Shown piece by piece: positions 12,157-24,829 of a stretch of 64,000 bases of DNA. The position numbers and the translations under genes were made by a program. How positions within the stretch are numbered: position 1 is the first letter of the stretch; every line of letters begins with the position of its first letter. The notes under the pieces were generated by a model, which was not told the origin of the DNA, made no database searches, and saw nothing but the letters and a program-made list of their open reading frames with translations. The stretch comes from Basidiobolus meristosporus CBS 931.73 (Eukaryota; Fungi; Basidiobolomycota), in contig MCFE01000266.1 in NCBI GenBank assembly GCA_002104905.1, positions 43,662 through 107,661 on the forward strand. The letters are read 5' to 3'.

Positions 12157-15100
12157 AGATTTGTTCCATTGGAGAGTGCCACATAGTGCCGGCCTGTTTA
12201 TAGTGCCGGATTGATCTGGCACTCTACAGCACTATCTGGCACTATAATTTCTACCAAGATGTCAGTGGTATGATACAGTTACTGGTAATTTTACTCAATC
12301 TTACTTATGTTGCTCAGAATAGTGCTTTCCTTGCTTTATTTACTCTTCATAATGCTCCAGACACATTTCTCTCAGTGGATGTCTTCTTGTATGAGCATAC
12401 TGTGCATTAATAAGTATCTTAGCTTTTTACCTATTCTGCTGTTTTCACCTATATATGACTTTCCTCTGCATTTACCTGCCAATATGCTGAATCTCTTCAG
12501 ATATCCAAATGTATGCTCTACCCTCACTCTGAAATGATTAAATAACACTCCGGGATATGGAAGACTATTGGAGCTTCTGAACCTAGTATTCCAAGCTTGC
12601 TCTAAGTCATTCATACACTCTGCAAGGTGGTTGTCCATTGCTGTCAACTGGGAATGAAAGCTTCTAGGACTTTTGCTGCCATGGAAGGTGGGATGAGACC
12701 TTGTAGGGCATTAGTTCTTGTAATAGCAGAGAAGCTTGACAAGGGATCTTCTTGAGTAGATTGGGGTAGATGGTCCACTGTACTTGGAATAGATTGCCTC
12801 CAGTGTGTCAAAAGGAAATCCTGTGGTAGTGATGGGATTGATGAGAAAAGACCATTCAGATGAGTGAGTCATATTAAAACTGGTGGATGATTGTATGGAG
12901 GTGGTTTGAATTGAATTGGTGCAATCTGCGTTATTTATCTGATTTTTAATGCACTATGATTAAATCTCCATCAATTGCCATGTATCCCATCATTTTGTTG
13001 CAAAAATCATCCGCAAACAATGCCTTGGTACTTTATTTATGCTTTACTCATAGGTCTATAATCAAATAGGAAATCCGCAATTGATGTGATCTGATCCGTG
13101 TCAATGCAATCCAAGATGCATCATGCATAATATATGGAAAATTCAACAATCACATTAGTTTTTATATATATTTCATATAAGACCAGGTTGATACCAATAT
13201 ACCGCTGTATAGGTATCCAAATCTGTTGCTATGGTCCTCATACCAAGTCTCAGCTCATCTTTAGTACAACCCAGACAAAACCCATCCCCCAGCTCACAAG
13301 CACAGTCTGGACCGGAAAAGTTGATGTTGGTTCCATTCAAGTTCTTGCCAAATGATTTTAGTATGGCCCAAGTGTCTATGATGAGCCTTCATACAGATAT
13401 TTGGGCACTACTGATTAATCTAGCAGAACTAGATACCTCAGAGAGTCAACAAAGATGGAAGAATTTGAGTAGAAAGCTGTGGCATGAGTTCTGCATCAAG
13501 ATGCCAGCAGATGTATGTAAGAAGATATATAACAAGACAAGTATTGAAATCAAGAATGAGCTGAGAGTGAGGGGATTTGATGAAGGAGCCACACAGGAAC
13601 AATTTTGCATGCAATTTGCACAGTACAGGCCAGATATGTCCATCTGTGCCTCAACTTTGGGAACCAAAGTGATCTTGAATCAGTTTTATGCCTCAAATGA
13701 CTAATGTACTATGTGATATGCTAATAGAGCTAAGTGGCTTTTGAGAGCAATATACACAGGATTCATCCAGGCAACAGCTCCAAAGTATCAGTTAGAGGGT
13801 AAGTGAGTACCTTGAGGAATCAGATGGTGAGATTCAGGAGGAAGAATACAGACCGCAAACAACATTGTCCAGATTGCGCCAGCACGCCTTGCTGGATTCC
13901 TTACCATCTCTTGCAACCACTGTGTGCCAGCGCACATCAGTCCAGACTATGCCAACACACTTTACCACAATGCCCCGCATCAAGTCAATGCGCCTTGTAG
14001 TGGGTTGACAGTGACACCCACTGACAGATGTGCTCATTCCCATATTTTCTACTTCCCTATATCTCTACTACACTTATTTTAATTTCATCCCATTTGTCTT
14101 ACCCAATCATTACTATCCCATAAGCTGGTTGACTATCACACCTGCTTACCTTATTGCATAAGTTACCCCTTGCTTTATGTATGATTACTAGCTATTAGTG
14201 CTTCTATATTATGCAGGTACCCGCGCCAGTACCTGTGGCATATGATCAGCCTGTGTCACCATCCCTACCATATCCATAGAGTATATGGTATCCCTATGTT
14301 ACACAGGTCTCAGAATACAATTCCTGATTGGTTGGATGTGCTGTGTCTCTGAGAACCTTCTGGCACCTACTTAGAACATTCTTAGGTCATTCTGATGTCA
14401 TTAAGATTTCTATTGATATCCAGAACCTTCTGGAACACCATGATTAGTAATCACTTAGCCAGTAAGAAAAGTATATAAGGGAGGCTATCCCTCAACAATA
14501 AATTATCATCCTTTTTATCAATATACTGACTTGTTGATTAGTGGGATCACTGCTACCTGCTGCTACCTGAACTTCCAACCCCAGACCACAGGACACTCCC
14601 AGGAAACTGTGCTGACAGCCAACTGACCTTGGAGGCACTACTTGTGAGGGATACTCACAGTAGGTATCCTTTATCATATTTGATTCTTTCCCAAGTTTGT
14701 TCTTGTACAGGCAAAGATACTTTTCTGTCTTTGTAACTATTGACAACAGCTGCATTCTTATCAAGTCCCTGCTGGTGGAGTTTACAGTTGTTTTGACTTT
14801 GAAAGCTTTAGTACATTGTCATCTCAAAGGACGCTGAACCCAGCACATACTTTTGTTAAGACACCATCTAAGTTGGGGATTGTAGCTCAATAGTTTTCCC
14901 TTGACAAGCTTGTGGCTTTACTCCCCTTCACATTAGATTAGAGACAGAACCCAAGTATTCCTAGCAAGCTTTTGCCAGAGGTTATTGCACTCAGTGAACA
15001 CCCCACACACAAAACACTTGAGAAGTGTTGGACGTATCTCTCCCTTGGACCTATACACCACCACAGCGTTGGGTCAACACGTGTGCTTCAGAGCATAACT

Positions 15101-15794
15101 ACCAGAACTTGCCAAACTGCTCATTTAGACACAAGTCCATTGGAGCGGACGGAGTGCGTCAACAGGCAGCATCACATCAAACTCAGCCAAGGGCCATCTC
15201 AATGCGTCAAGTCATGCCTGTATGTGCTGTTTTGCCTGACCATCAGCAAGTTACTTCTGGTGAGCTGACTGATGATGACCAACATGAAGTGCCTAAACCA
15301 CCATAGCCCTTGGCAAGTAAAAGAACGTGTCAGTGCATGGCACTCCAGGCCAGTTCAGTTGGCTCAGTTGGAGCAATTCAGCATGGCCAAGCTGCAGCAT
15401 TGCACTCATCTACTAGGAGGCAAAATACTGACTACAAATACACAAGTAGCCAAGATGATAGTCAGCCAGGAAGTAGTATAGGTGTGCAAAGTGAGTCACT
15501 ACCAAATGCTTCAGTAGTAATCTCTGTAAGAAAAAAAACCCAGTAGAAGATGATGCAATAGCTTTGAATTGCTATTATTTGTAATGATCCCAACAACCCA
15601 TTTTTTTGCAATCCAAATCAAGCCATTGCAAATCAGTGATCATCATATTTTTGATATAAGTGAAATCAAGGTCATCTCACATTTGAGACAGAACCCCTAT
15701 AAATAAACACCCTGCATATATATACATCATCTGTAATATCAGTGCAGCTATTGGATCTGTTTTGCACCTACCCATTTGCTTGCGTGCTAGCTAT
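12157..15794 (-). mobile_element. Degenerate Pangu copy: left TIR present, internal transposase deletion, LTR-A insertion, right end missing
   Basis: AAT|AGATTTGTTCC at 12154-12167. Colinear with 15942-18860 except for a deletion near 12550 and an insertion at 13996-15065. Confidence 0.88.
13996..15065 (+). mobile_element. Solo LTR family A (1070 bp) inserted in Pangu ORF2
   Basis: TGTAGTGG...CCACCACA termini with flanks GCCT/GCGT; the intact Pangu has a single GCGT at ~18128. Homologous to 5238-5613 plus 8653-9311. Confidence 0.85.
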
Positions 15795-16124
15795 GGATCC
15801 CATTTGGAGACCATCAAAAACCAGAAGCTTGGAATTAGTGACCCTCTTGGCAATCTTATGAGAGGATCACAATGGCATTTTGCTAATTTTACTCTCAAAA
15901 AAGTTATTAAACTTGACAGGGATTAATGGTGCTGTGAGAATAGACTTGTTCCGTTGGATAGTGCCACATAGTGCCAGCCTGTTTATGGTGCCGGATTGAT
16001 CTGGCACTCTATGGCACCATCTGGCACTATAATTTCTACCATGATGCCAGTGGTATGATACAGTTACTGGTAATTTTACTCAATCTTACTTATGTTGCTC
16101 AGAATAGTGCTTTCCTTGCTTTAT

Positions 16125-17009
16125 TTACTCTTCATAATGCTCCAGACACATTTCTCTCAGTGGATGTCTTCTTGTATGAACATACTCTGCATTAATAAGT
16201 ATCTTAACTATTTTACCTATCCTGCGGTTTTCACCTATATATGACTTTCCTCTGTATTTACCTGCCAATATGCTGAATCTCTTCAGATATCCAAATGTGT
16301 GCTCTACCCTCACTCTGAAATGATTAAATATCGCATTGTAGAGCTTCTGCTTCCTGCAAAGCACACCATTCCTTGGCTTCCTATAAGCTGTAATACATTG
16401 TAATCTCTGACAATCCTCTCCTATATAGGCTAAGTCTGCCATACATTTCTCCCCTCTACTGAATTCAGGATGATTCTCTACCCAGAGTGCTTTGTCATGC
16501 CTACTTCCAGCAAATGGCCCACTAAACCAGATGATGTTACCCTCAATGTCAGACAGTGCTTGAAACTTTACACAGTGTGCCTTGTACTTGCCAGAATAAA
16601 AGTGCCGCTGCCCTCTAGAAGGTCTGTTAATCCTCACTGGGAAGGTATCCAAAATACTCCTGATATGGAACCTGTTGCTGAACACTCTGGGATATGGAAG
16701 TCTATTGGAGCTTCTGAACCTAGTATTCCAAGCTTGCTCTAAGTCATTCATACCCTCTGCAAGGTGGTTCTCCATTGCTGTCAGCTGGGAATGAAAGCTT
16801 CTAGGACTTTTGTTGCCATGGATGGTGGGATGAAACCTTGTAGGGCAATAGTTCTTGTAATAGCAGAGAAGCTTAACAAGGGATCTCCTTGAGTAGATTG
16901 GGGTTGATGGTCCACAGTACTTGGTATAGATCTCCTCCAGTGTGTCAAAAGGAAATCCAGTGGTAGTGATGGGATTGATGAGAAAAGACCATTCAGATGA
17001 GTAAGTCAT
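16125..17009 (-). CDS. PIF/Harbinger-type DDE transposase (DDE_Tnp_4-like), 294 aa
   Basis: Motifs LDTFPVRINRP, GSRHD, ADLAY and RVRVEHTFGYLKRFSIL in an open frame. Confidence 0.92.
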   Translation of the reverse strand: MTYSSEWSFLINPITTTGFPFDTLEEIYTKYCGPSTPIYSRRSLVKLLCYYKNYCPTRFHPTIHGNKSPRSFHSQLTAMENHLAEGMNDLEQAWNTRFRSSNRLPYPRVFSNRFHIRSILDTFPVRINRPSRGQRHFYSGKYKAHCVKFQALSDIEGNIIWFSGPFAGSRHDKALWVENHPEFSRGEKCMADLAYIGEDCQRLQCITAYRKPRNGVLCRKQKLYNAIFNHFRVRVEHTFGYLKRFSILAGKYRGKSYIGENRRIGKIVKILINAEYVHTRRHPLREMCLEHYEE

Positions 17010-17368
17010 ATTAAAGTTGATGGATGATTGTATGAAGGCGGTTTGAATTGATTCGGCGCGATCTGCGTTATTTATCTGATTTTTAACACATTATAGTTAA
17101 ATCTCCATCAATTGCCATGTATCCCATCATTATGTCGCAAAAATCATCCGCAAACAATGCCTTGGTACTTTTATTGATGCTTTAATCATAGGTCTATAAT
17201 CAAATAGGAAATCTGCGATTGATGTGATCTGATCCGTGTCAACGCGATCCAAGACGCATCATGCATAATATATGGAAAATTCAACAATCACATTAGTTTT
17301 CATATGTATTTCATATAAGACCAGGTTGATGCCAATATACTGCTGTATAAGTATCCAAATCCGTTGCT

Positions 17369-18685
17369 ATGGTCCCCATACCAAGCCTCAACTCATCTTT
17401 AGTACAACCCAGACAAAACCCATCCCCCAGCTCACAAGCGCGGTCCGGACCGGAAAAGTCAATGTTGGATCCATTCGAGTTCTTGCCAAATGATTTTAGT
17501 ATGGCCCAAGTGTCTATGATGAGCCTTCATACAGATATTTGGGCACTACTGATTAATCTAGCGGAACTAGATACCTCAGAGAGTCAACAAAGATGGAAGA
17601 ATTTGAGTAGAAAGCTGTGGCATGAGTTCTACATCAAGATGCCAGCCAATGTATGTAAAAAGATATATAACAAGACAAGTATTGAAATCAAGAATGAGCT
17701 GAGAGTGAGGGGATTTGACAAAGAAGCCGCGGGGGAACAATTTTGCACGCAATTTGCACAGTACGGGCCGGACGCGTCCGTTTGTGCCTCAACTTTGGGA
17801 ACCAAAGAGATTTTGAATGAGTTTTTGCCTCAAATGACTAATGTACTACATGATATATTAGTAGAGCTAAGTGGCTTCCAAGAGCAATATACACAGGACT
17901 CATCCAGGCAACAGCTCCAAAGTATCAGACAGAGGGTAAGTGAATGCCTTGAGGAATCAGATGGTGAGCTTCAGGAGGAAGAATACAGACCACAAGCAAC
18001 ATTGTCCAGATCGCGCCAGCACGCCTTGCTGGATTCCCTACCATCTCTTGCAACCACAGCGCGCCAGCGCACGTCAGTCCAGGCCACGCCAACACCCTTT
18101 ACCAGAACGCCCCGCATCAAGTCAACGCGCGTTGGGTCAACGCGCGCGCTTCAGAGCAAAACTACAAGAACTTGCCAAACTGCTCATTTAGACACAAGTC
18201 CATTGGAGTGGACCAAGTTGCGTCAGCATGCGGCATCACATCAAACTCAGCCAAGGGCCATCTCAATGCGTCAAGGCGCGCCTGTGCGTGCCGTTTTGCC
18301 CAACCATCAGCGAGTTACTTCTGGTGAACTGACTGATGATGACCAACATGAAGTGCCTCAACCACCAGAGCCCTTGGCAAGTAAAAGAACGCGTCAGCAC
18401 GTGGCACTACAGGCCGGTTCAGTTGGTTCAGTCGGAGCAATTCAGCGCGGCCAAGCTGCAGCATTGCACTCATCAACTAGGAGGCAAAATACTGACTACA
18501 AATACACAAGTAGCCAAGATGATAGTCAGCCAGGAAGTAGTATAGGTATGCAAAGTGAGTCACTACCAAATGCTTCAGCAGTAATCCCTGTGAGAAAAAA
18601 ACCCAGGAGAAGAAGATGCAATCGCTTTGAATTGCTCACATTTGTAATGATCCCGACAACCCTTTTTTTTTGCGATCCGAATTGA
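17369..18685 (+). CDS. Transposon ORF2: N-terminal Myb/SANT-like helical domain with a long basic disordered tail; true start and splicing uncertain
   Basis: QRWKNLSRKLWHEFYIKMPANVCKKIYN resembles the trihelix/Myb pattern of Harbinger accessory proteins; C-terminal NLS-like RKKPRRRR. Homologous pieces occur in all damaged copies. Confidence 0.75.
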   Translation: MVPIPSLNSSLVQPRQNPSPSSQARSGPEKSMLDPFEFLPNDFSMAQVSMMSLHTDIWALLINLAELDTSESQQRWKNLSRKLWHEFYIKMPANVCKKIYNKTSIEIKNELRVRGFDKEAAGEQFCTQFAQYGPDASVCASTLGTKEILNEFLPQMTNVLHDILVELSGFQEQYTQDSSRQQLQSIRQRVSECLEESDGELQEEEYRPQATLSRSRQHALLDSLPSLATTARQRTSVQATPTPFTRTPRIKSTRVGSTRALQSKTTRTCQTAHLDTSPLEWTKLRQHAASHQTQPRAISMRQGAPVRAVLPNHQRVTSGELTDDDQHEVPQPPEPLASKRTRQHVALQAGSVGSVGAIQRGQAAALHSSTRRQNTDYKYTSSQDDSQPGSSIGMQSESLPNASAVIPVRKKPRRRRCNRFELLTFVMIPTTLFFCDPN

Positions 18686-19361
18686 GCCATTGCAAATCAG
18701 TGATCATCAAATTTTTGATATAAGTAATATCAAGGTTGTCTCACATTTGAGACAGAACCCTATAAATAAACACCCTGCATATATATACGTCATCTGTAAT
18801 ACCGGTGCAGCAATTGGATCTGTTTCGCACCTACACAATCGCTTGCGTGCTAGCTATGACACCTAGCCCAATCACTAGGATCAGGGATTTACTTGCTCAA
18901 TGGGCAAAATGGGATATTTGATGGCAAATCAGGTAGCTTTTTCAGTAGTCAATGAGCCAATTGGGGGCTGCCAGCTTCAGGATACTTTTGGACCAATTAA
19001 CCACTGAGATACCGTCCAATTGGAGTGAGGGTAACCAAAATGGTAAGTATCAGTGTAGTTTATAGTGTGATACACATTTATTTCCATTTACATTAAAGAA
19101 ACATATCCAAATACCAGATTTTACCTGCCATTATAGCGGTATCCAATTGTGCACGTGATGCAAACATTACAAGTTGGCGCGATCATCCGTGCCATCCTCA
19201 TCATGTCAGATTGTGCCATAGTGTGCGAGATCGTCCCGCATAGTGCGAAATCTTCCAAGAACAATCCTGCCTTCTGGTAGCTATGATATTGCGCCCAATC
19301 GTTCTTTGCAACCGCGGATTGCGCCACGTGCCCTGGCACAGTACGATGGAACAAGTCTAAT

Positions 19362-22260
19362 AATTGATTGGCATTGTTGCAGTCTTGATGTGCTCTACAA
19401 CTATTTTAAATTGATCTAACCACCCAGGACATCCAATTGCCTTTATGGCAAAAAACCTGACAATATTTTGATGGCCTCACGCAAGTCTCAGATGGCATTA
19501 TCACAGCAGTATGGTGGCCTACAGCTAGTGCTGTATAATGCTACCATAGCAATTTACCAAATGGTATTTCCTTTTTCTACCTCACCTTGTGCAATTCATA
19601 TATTCCACTGTAGAACCACCCCTCTTTATTTGCTTACACACTACTACCTTGGGTACTCCACATATAGTTTAAATGAAAAAAACTATGGCCTCCTGCTTAC
19701 CAACCTCAGCAAATGCACATACCTGCTGCAATTCACATACTTATATCACCTCATCTTGACAGCTTTTTAGTGATACTTGCCAAGTTGCCATATACCTTGT
19801 ACTGCTGGTAACATATACATCTTGCAAACATATGCTTGGTTATTGCTGCTTCTGTCATGAATACCTCCTGAATATCCACCAACAACTTCTTGGTATTTAG
19901 CAAATATATTCCTTCTCCCTGCTGGATTCTAATCCCCCTTATAGGTGCACTCTTGCTCTTGTTTGTGCAAATTCTGCATTGAATGGTGTAGAAGTTGGCT
20001 TGTGATCATGAGAGATATGGCACACCTTGGTAGAGTTTTCCTAGTAGAAATTAGTTGCTTGTTGCACCCAACCCAACTTTGCATAACTTAACTGATTCCC
20101 ACACATCTAAGCTGCTTAGCTTCTGAATGCCATAGGCATAGGTGTCTCCATGTGAACATCTGTCCTTAGTATTTTCCAACTATTCCTGGCTGTCCTCCAT
20201 GTGCCAACTCATCACATCCATGATGGATTTGAAGGTAATATTCTGGATGAGCTTGGGATGTGGTAGTATCTGCAACTTGACTCAACTTCCTACCTCCCCA
20301 CACATTTGCTCCATAGGAAACTCCCACAAGATGAAGCAAGGCCCAATATTTTCCACACACCAAGCAAGACAGAGTAGAGAATGGATACAGTGGTGGCAGA
20401 GATCTACACAATCAGCTTTATGTTTTTAGTATGGCTGCTCAAATCCTTTTACAAACTCCTTGCACAACAGCTGTAGATGTGTCAAGTTGGCATTGGTGAT
20501 CTGCTTCTGGATAAATATTTCTGCAATCTCCACATATGACTCCCAATGCTTCCAATGTACTCTTGGTAGGAATGGCTTCAGAAAGTCACTTGAATAAATA
20601 CATATCAAGTTCATCCTGTCTTTGCATTAGTACTGACGCATCTGCATGTGAATATTGGTTGGAGCTGGTAAGAACTACTAAGGGTAGCAGATACTCTGTA
20701 ATATCTTGTAAATTCTTTCAAATTTCTCTGGTATCTCAAAGGGCTCATTTTACTTGAAAAGCCCCATGTACAACTTGACCACTAGTATAGGGATATTGTT
20801 GAAAAGGAAGTGCATTGCTCTCAGTGGAATGCTTTTGCTCCAATAGATACCCTCTATCTTGGGTATTTCTAGTTTCCAATTGATTGCATATTCCAGCCAA
20901 TGGCTTATTGCTTGTCAACTTTGCTGCCATTGCATGCTGACTTCTGTACATTCTCTTTGTGTGAAGATGATATTCTTAGTGTAGGTGTTTGGGTAATAAT
21001 AATGTGTGTGAGTTGTGTAGTAAATCCCCAGGATTTCACATGTTTCACAGCAATACCATTCAATGTGCCCAGAAAAACCTGCTCTCTTGCTGATGGCTGT
21101 GGTGTCTCCAATGCAGATGATAATAGGCGCTTTTACATGACGACCATTTACTGATATCCTGCTGGAAAGCATACAAAAGTCATCCAGCAATGGATGCAGG
21201 TAGCTATCCCGGTTGGACATTGATTTAGGCACAGATACCAGTGAGACTACCATTGGATTTCTGCTCTGATACTGTAAGATGGGTGGCTGATTCAGATTGA
21301 TGAGAATTAGTGTCCGGCAGGATTTGCTGGTAGAGTACTTGTTTAATGAGAATCCTTGAGGTGCTAAGGCAAAGGAATGGTCATACACACCTTCAAAGTA
21401 GCCATTGCTTGCTACAATAGACTTGTTCTGTTGGATAGTGCCACATTGAGCCATTAGTGCCAAATGATGCCATAGAGTGCCAGGGGGGCCATGTGAGCCT
21501 ACACTTGGCCACACAGTGTGCAGCATGGCTCTGCATCTTCATGCAAAGCAGCCCCTGTATTTCACCCAATGTTTCGGAAAAAACTCATTTTTTGACCTTT
21601 TTTTAGGTCAATGTTGCACAGAATGTGTATGTGCACAAAAGGATTGAAGAAATGAATCTGGTACTCAATTCCCATAGCACTCTGAATCTAGCTCCGGTGG
21701 CTTGTAACATGTTACAAAAATCCATGGCACTATCTTGGTCCACTGGTACTATCTGGCACTATAAGTTCTTTGTATTGATCTTACTTTAGGGCTAATAATT
21801 AAATGTAGTTCCAGATAGTACCAGTGGACCAAGATAGTGCCATGCATTTTTGTAACATGTTACAAGCCACAGGAGCTAGATTCAGAGTGCCATGGGTATT
21901 GAGTACCAGATACATATCTCCAATCCTTTAGTGCTCCTACGCATCCTGCACAAAATTGATCCACAAAAAACATCAAAAAATGGATTTTCTCCTGTATCAC
22001 AGGTGAAACACAGGGGCTGCTTTGCATGAAGATGCAGAGCTGTGTTTCACACTCTGTGGCCAAGTATAGGTTCACTTGGCCACTCTGGCACACTATGGCA
22101 TCATTTGGCATTCATGGCTCAATGTGGCACTATCCAATGGAACAAGTCTAATAGCCACATGGTCTTTTTTCTCTTCTTTTATAGCATTGAATCAAAGTAG
22201 TATTGTCCATGGGGTAAATAGTCTGACCTTCAACAATGTAACACTGTTATATCACTTTTT
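19362..22260 (-). mobile_element. Degenerate CACTA/EnSpm transposase, copy 2, interrupted by a MITE; probably continues at 15795-15941
   Basis: PPILQYQSRNPMVVSLVSVPK...DSYLHPLLDD...CIGDTTAISKRAGFSGH..WYCCETC (~20915-21400) matches the Transposase_21/Tnp2 pattern. Multiple stops. Confidence 0.85.
21419..22149. mobile_element. Palindromic Pangu MITE, copy 2 (731 bp), spacer inverted relative to copy 1
   Basis: AAT|AGACTTGTTCT...GGAACAAGTCT|AAT, with long inverted arms. Confidence 0.93.
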
Positions 22261-22432
22261 GGTCAATACTCATGTGAATGTAAGGCAGTCTTGTATTTGA
22301 GACATTGCACCTACATAAATGTAAGATTCAATGATGACCAGCCATAATAGGCATTGTAAATACAGTTGTGGCACCACATACACATGTATATGTAACACCA
22401 TTTCCCCTTTAATTTGACTCACTTCCATATAT

Positions 22433-24386
22433 ATGCCACCAACAAATAAAGCAAAGTTGTCTGGTTCCCAACCAAACCCTACCGCTGCTGGTAACACAAG
22501 AACAGTTGGACAACAACTTGCTTTGACACTCAGTGTAACAAGCATGGCTACATCCAAAAAAGGCCCTGTGGACAGTGAGCCCATTGAAGATAATAATGCG
22601 GACTCCTCAGTCTCTCAGTCAAGTAGGCAATTGACAACCTCTGTGGAGCCACAAGCTGACCATTATGCTCAGGCAGCTGAGAATGTAGCAAACACATTAC
22701 CCTCAGTTGATGACCAGCAAGTGGCCATGATAACATCACCACCACCCATATTAGCAAGTATGTTGCCAGCTCATACCAAAGCATTAATGAAGCAATTAGG
22801 TGCAGTGGCTGATAGGATAGATGCAATGGCCCAGAGAAATCAGGAAATAGTCCAGAAACAGGATGCGCACATAATGCATGTAGTGCATTCATTATCCCAG
22901 GTAGAGAAAGCAGCATCTTTGCTGCAAAGAAGGAACTCTAGTAGCTCAATGTCATGGCCAAGAACTGAGCCATTTCCCAATGTAACAGCAGAGGATCACC
23001 GTAGAGTCTTTGAAGGACAACAACAGTGCCCAAAGATAAAGCCCACAGAAAACCCCTCATTGCATAGGAGGGAGACAATGTGGTGTTTACACCTAAGCCT
23101 AAAAAGCAAAAGACATTGAAGATCTGTGAAGCGTTGAGTGCAATAATGAAGAGTGGGCTAATATGCAAGTGGCTGTCAGAAGTCTAGCATGCCATTACCT
23201 TAATGCCGGCATACCATGGGACTGCCAGGAGCTCAAGGCCAAGCAGAATGCACTTGACTTGTTTGATGAGCATTATCCTAGATTCAAATGGGCAAGCAGA
23301 TTTTGGGTCAGCATTGGTATGCTGGGAAAATATCTTAAGAATAGCAGAAACTATCAAAGGCAGAAGAACAAAGATGCCATGGCTAAAAACCAGCAGGTTC
23401 CTCAAGAGCTTGTTACAAGCAGGGCTGAAAGCTCCAGACAAGCATCAAAGAGATGTCAGGTAGCTGGAAGAGTACCAATTAGGGACAAGCAGGCAGAGAC
23501 AGATGCACCCTTGCAACATTTATGAAGGAAAAAGTGTAGTACCACTCAAGAAGCACCCAGTCAAAGTAGCAGTGAAGGACCTGGCAGTGATAAAAACCAG
23601 GGGCATTCTCAGGAGTCCATCACCACCACAGCCAAGTGCTTGCAAAAAGTGGAAAAGGAATGTCAGGTTGCCAGAGGAGTGCCAGCAAGGGACAAGCAGG
23701 CCAAAACAGATGCATCTGAGCTGAATTTATCCAGGAGAAAATGTAGTTCTTTACAAGAAGCACTCAGACAAAGTAGCAGTGAAAGACCTGGCAGTGATAA
23801 TGGAAAAGGTAAAGGGAAAAATGTCCACCCAAGCCTGAGACAGGGAGGCATGCAAGAAAAACTGCAGCTCTTGCCAATTAATGCTGCAACTCCAGAACAG
23901 CCTGAATCCCATCATTGCCAAGAAGAATCACCAGCAAGAAAACATCTGTTTTCACAAGAGTTAGAAGTGCAGCCAGTCAAGCTACACTCCAGCTAGGTAG
24001 CTGAGTTTGCTGAAAAAGGCAATTTGTCTACCACAGCCTCCACATCCTCCATTGTTGACATAGTGGAGATCCCACTGACAGACAAGGCTACAATGTCAAG
24101 AGCTCAAAAGACTATCACAATGCCTTCTGTGGAATTTTGGAACATTAACAGGCACACCAAGAGGTTGCAGCACTGCTTCAAGAGCAGTGCTCTAGAAAAT
24201 GCACTGGAATATTGCAAGGATTTATTGCAAAGACTGGCAGATGAGGTGCTAGAACTTGCAATGCCAGCCAAAGACCATGACATGTGGGAGCCAGTGAGTG
24301 ACAGTGGCACAAAGCTGTTGGGTTCCTGCCAAAGTTGTGGGACCAGAGCATTACAGCAGAAATACTTATTGAGTGGTGGATTTTAA
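22433..24386 (+). pseudogene. Fragmented ORF(s) divergent from the CACTA transposase; probable accessory gene of the same element
   Basis: Consecutive plus-strand ORF pieces (228, 120, 118 and 120 aa) in CpG-depleted DNA, partly duplicated at 24830-25273. No family recognised with certainty. Confidence 0.45.
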
Positions 24387-24829
24387 TGGAATTACTTGTT
24401 GAGTGTGAATTTGGGCTTAATGTTAGTGTAGGGTATAGGGACTTGTATAGGACAATACAATTGGCAATTGAGATTCAACTGAAGTTTCAACGGATTTTAA
24501 TCAATTTGTATGCATGAAAAGTAAGAGAAACAGTTGAGTCAGGAAGTAAGGAGTGTGAAATGGATGCAATAGCTGACCAATGCACACAAACATAGGAGGC
24601 AATAGAGTGTCTTGGATCAGAAAGTGAGCAAATTGGTAGGGAACCATTCAAAAGCCAATTATACATTGTTGTGATGAATAATTTTGACTAAGTTTTTTGT
24701 GAAATCTGGGGAGTGATTATTTTTCAATGGTCACTGGACAGTGTCCTGATGGGATCAGTACCTCTTAGTCACAGGACTTTAACTTTGTAATGGCCTTTAG
24801 ATGGGATCATCTCAATAATTTTTCATAGG

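Larger units (their letters stand above)
15942..19358. mobile_element. Apparently intact autonomous PHIS-superfamily (Pangu-like) DNA transposon, 3417 bp
   Basis: 11-bp TIR AGACTTGTTCC/GGAACAAGTCT, TSD AAT (15939-15941 and 19359-19361). Two divergent uninterrupted ORFs, subterminal GTGCCA/TGGCAC motif cluster, CpGs retained. Confidence 0.93.
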
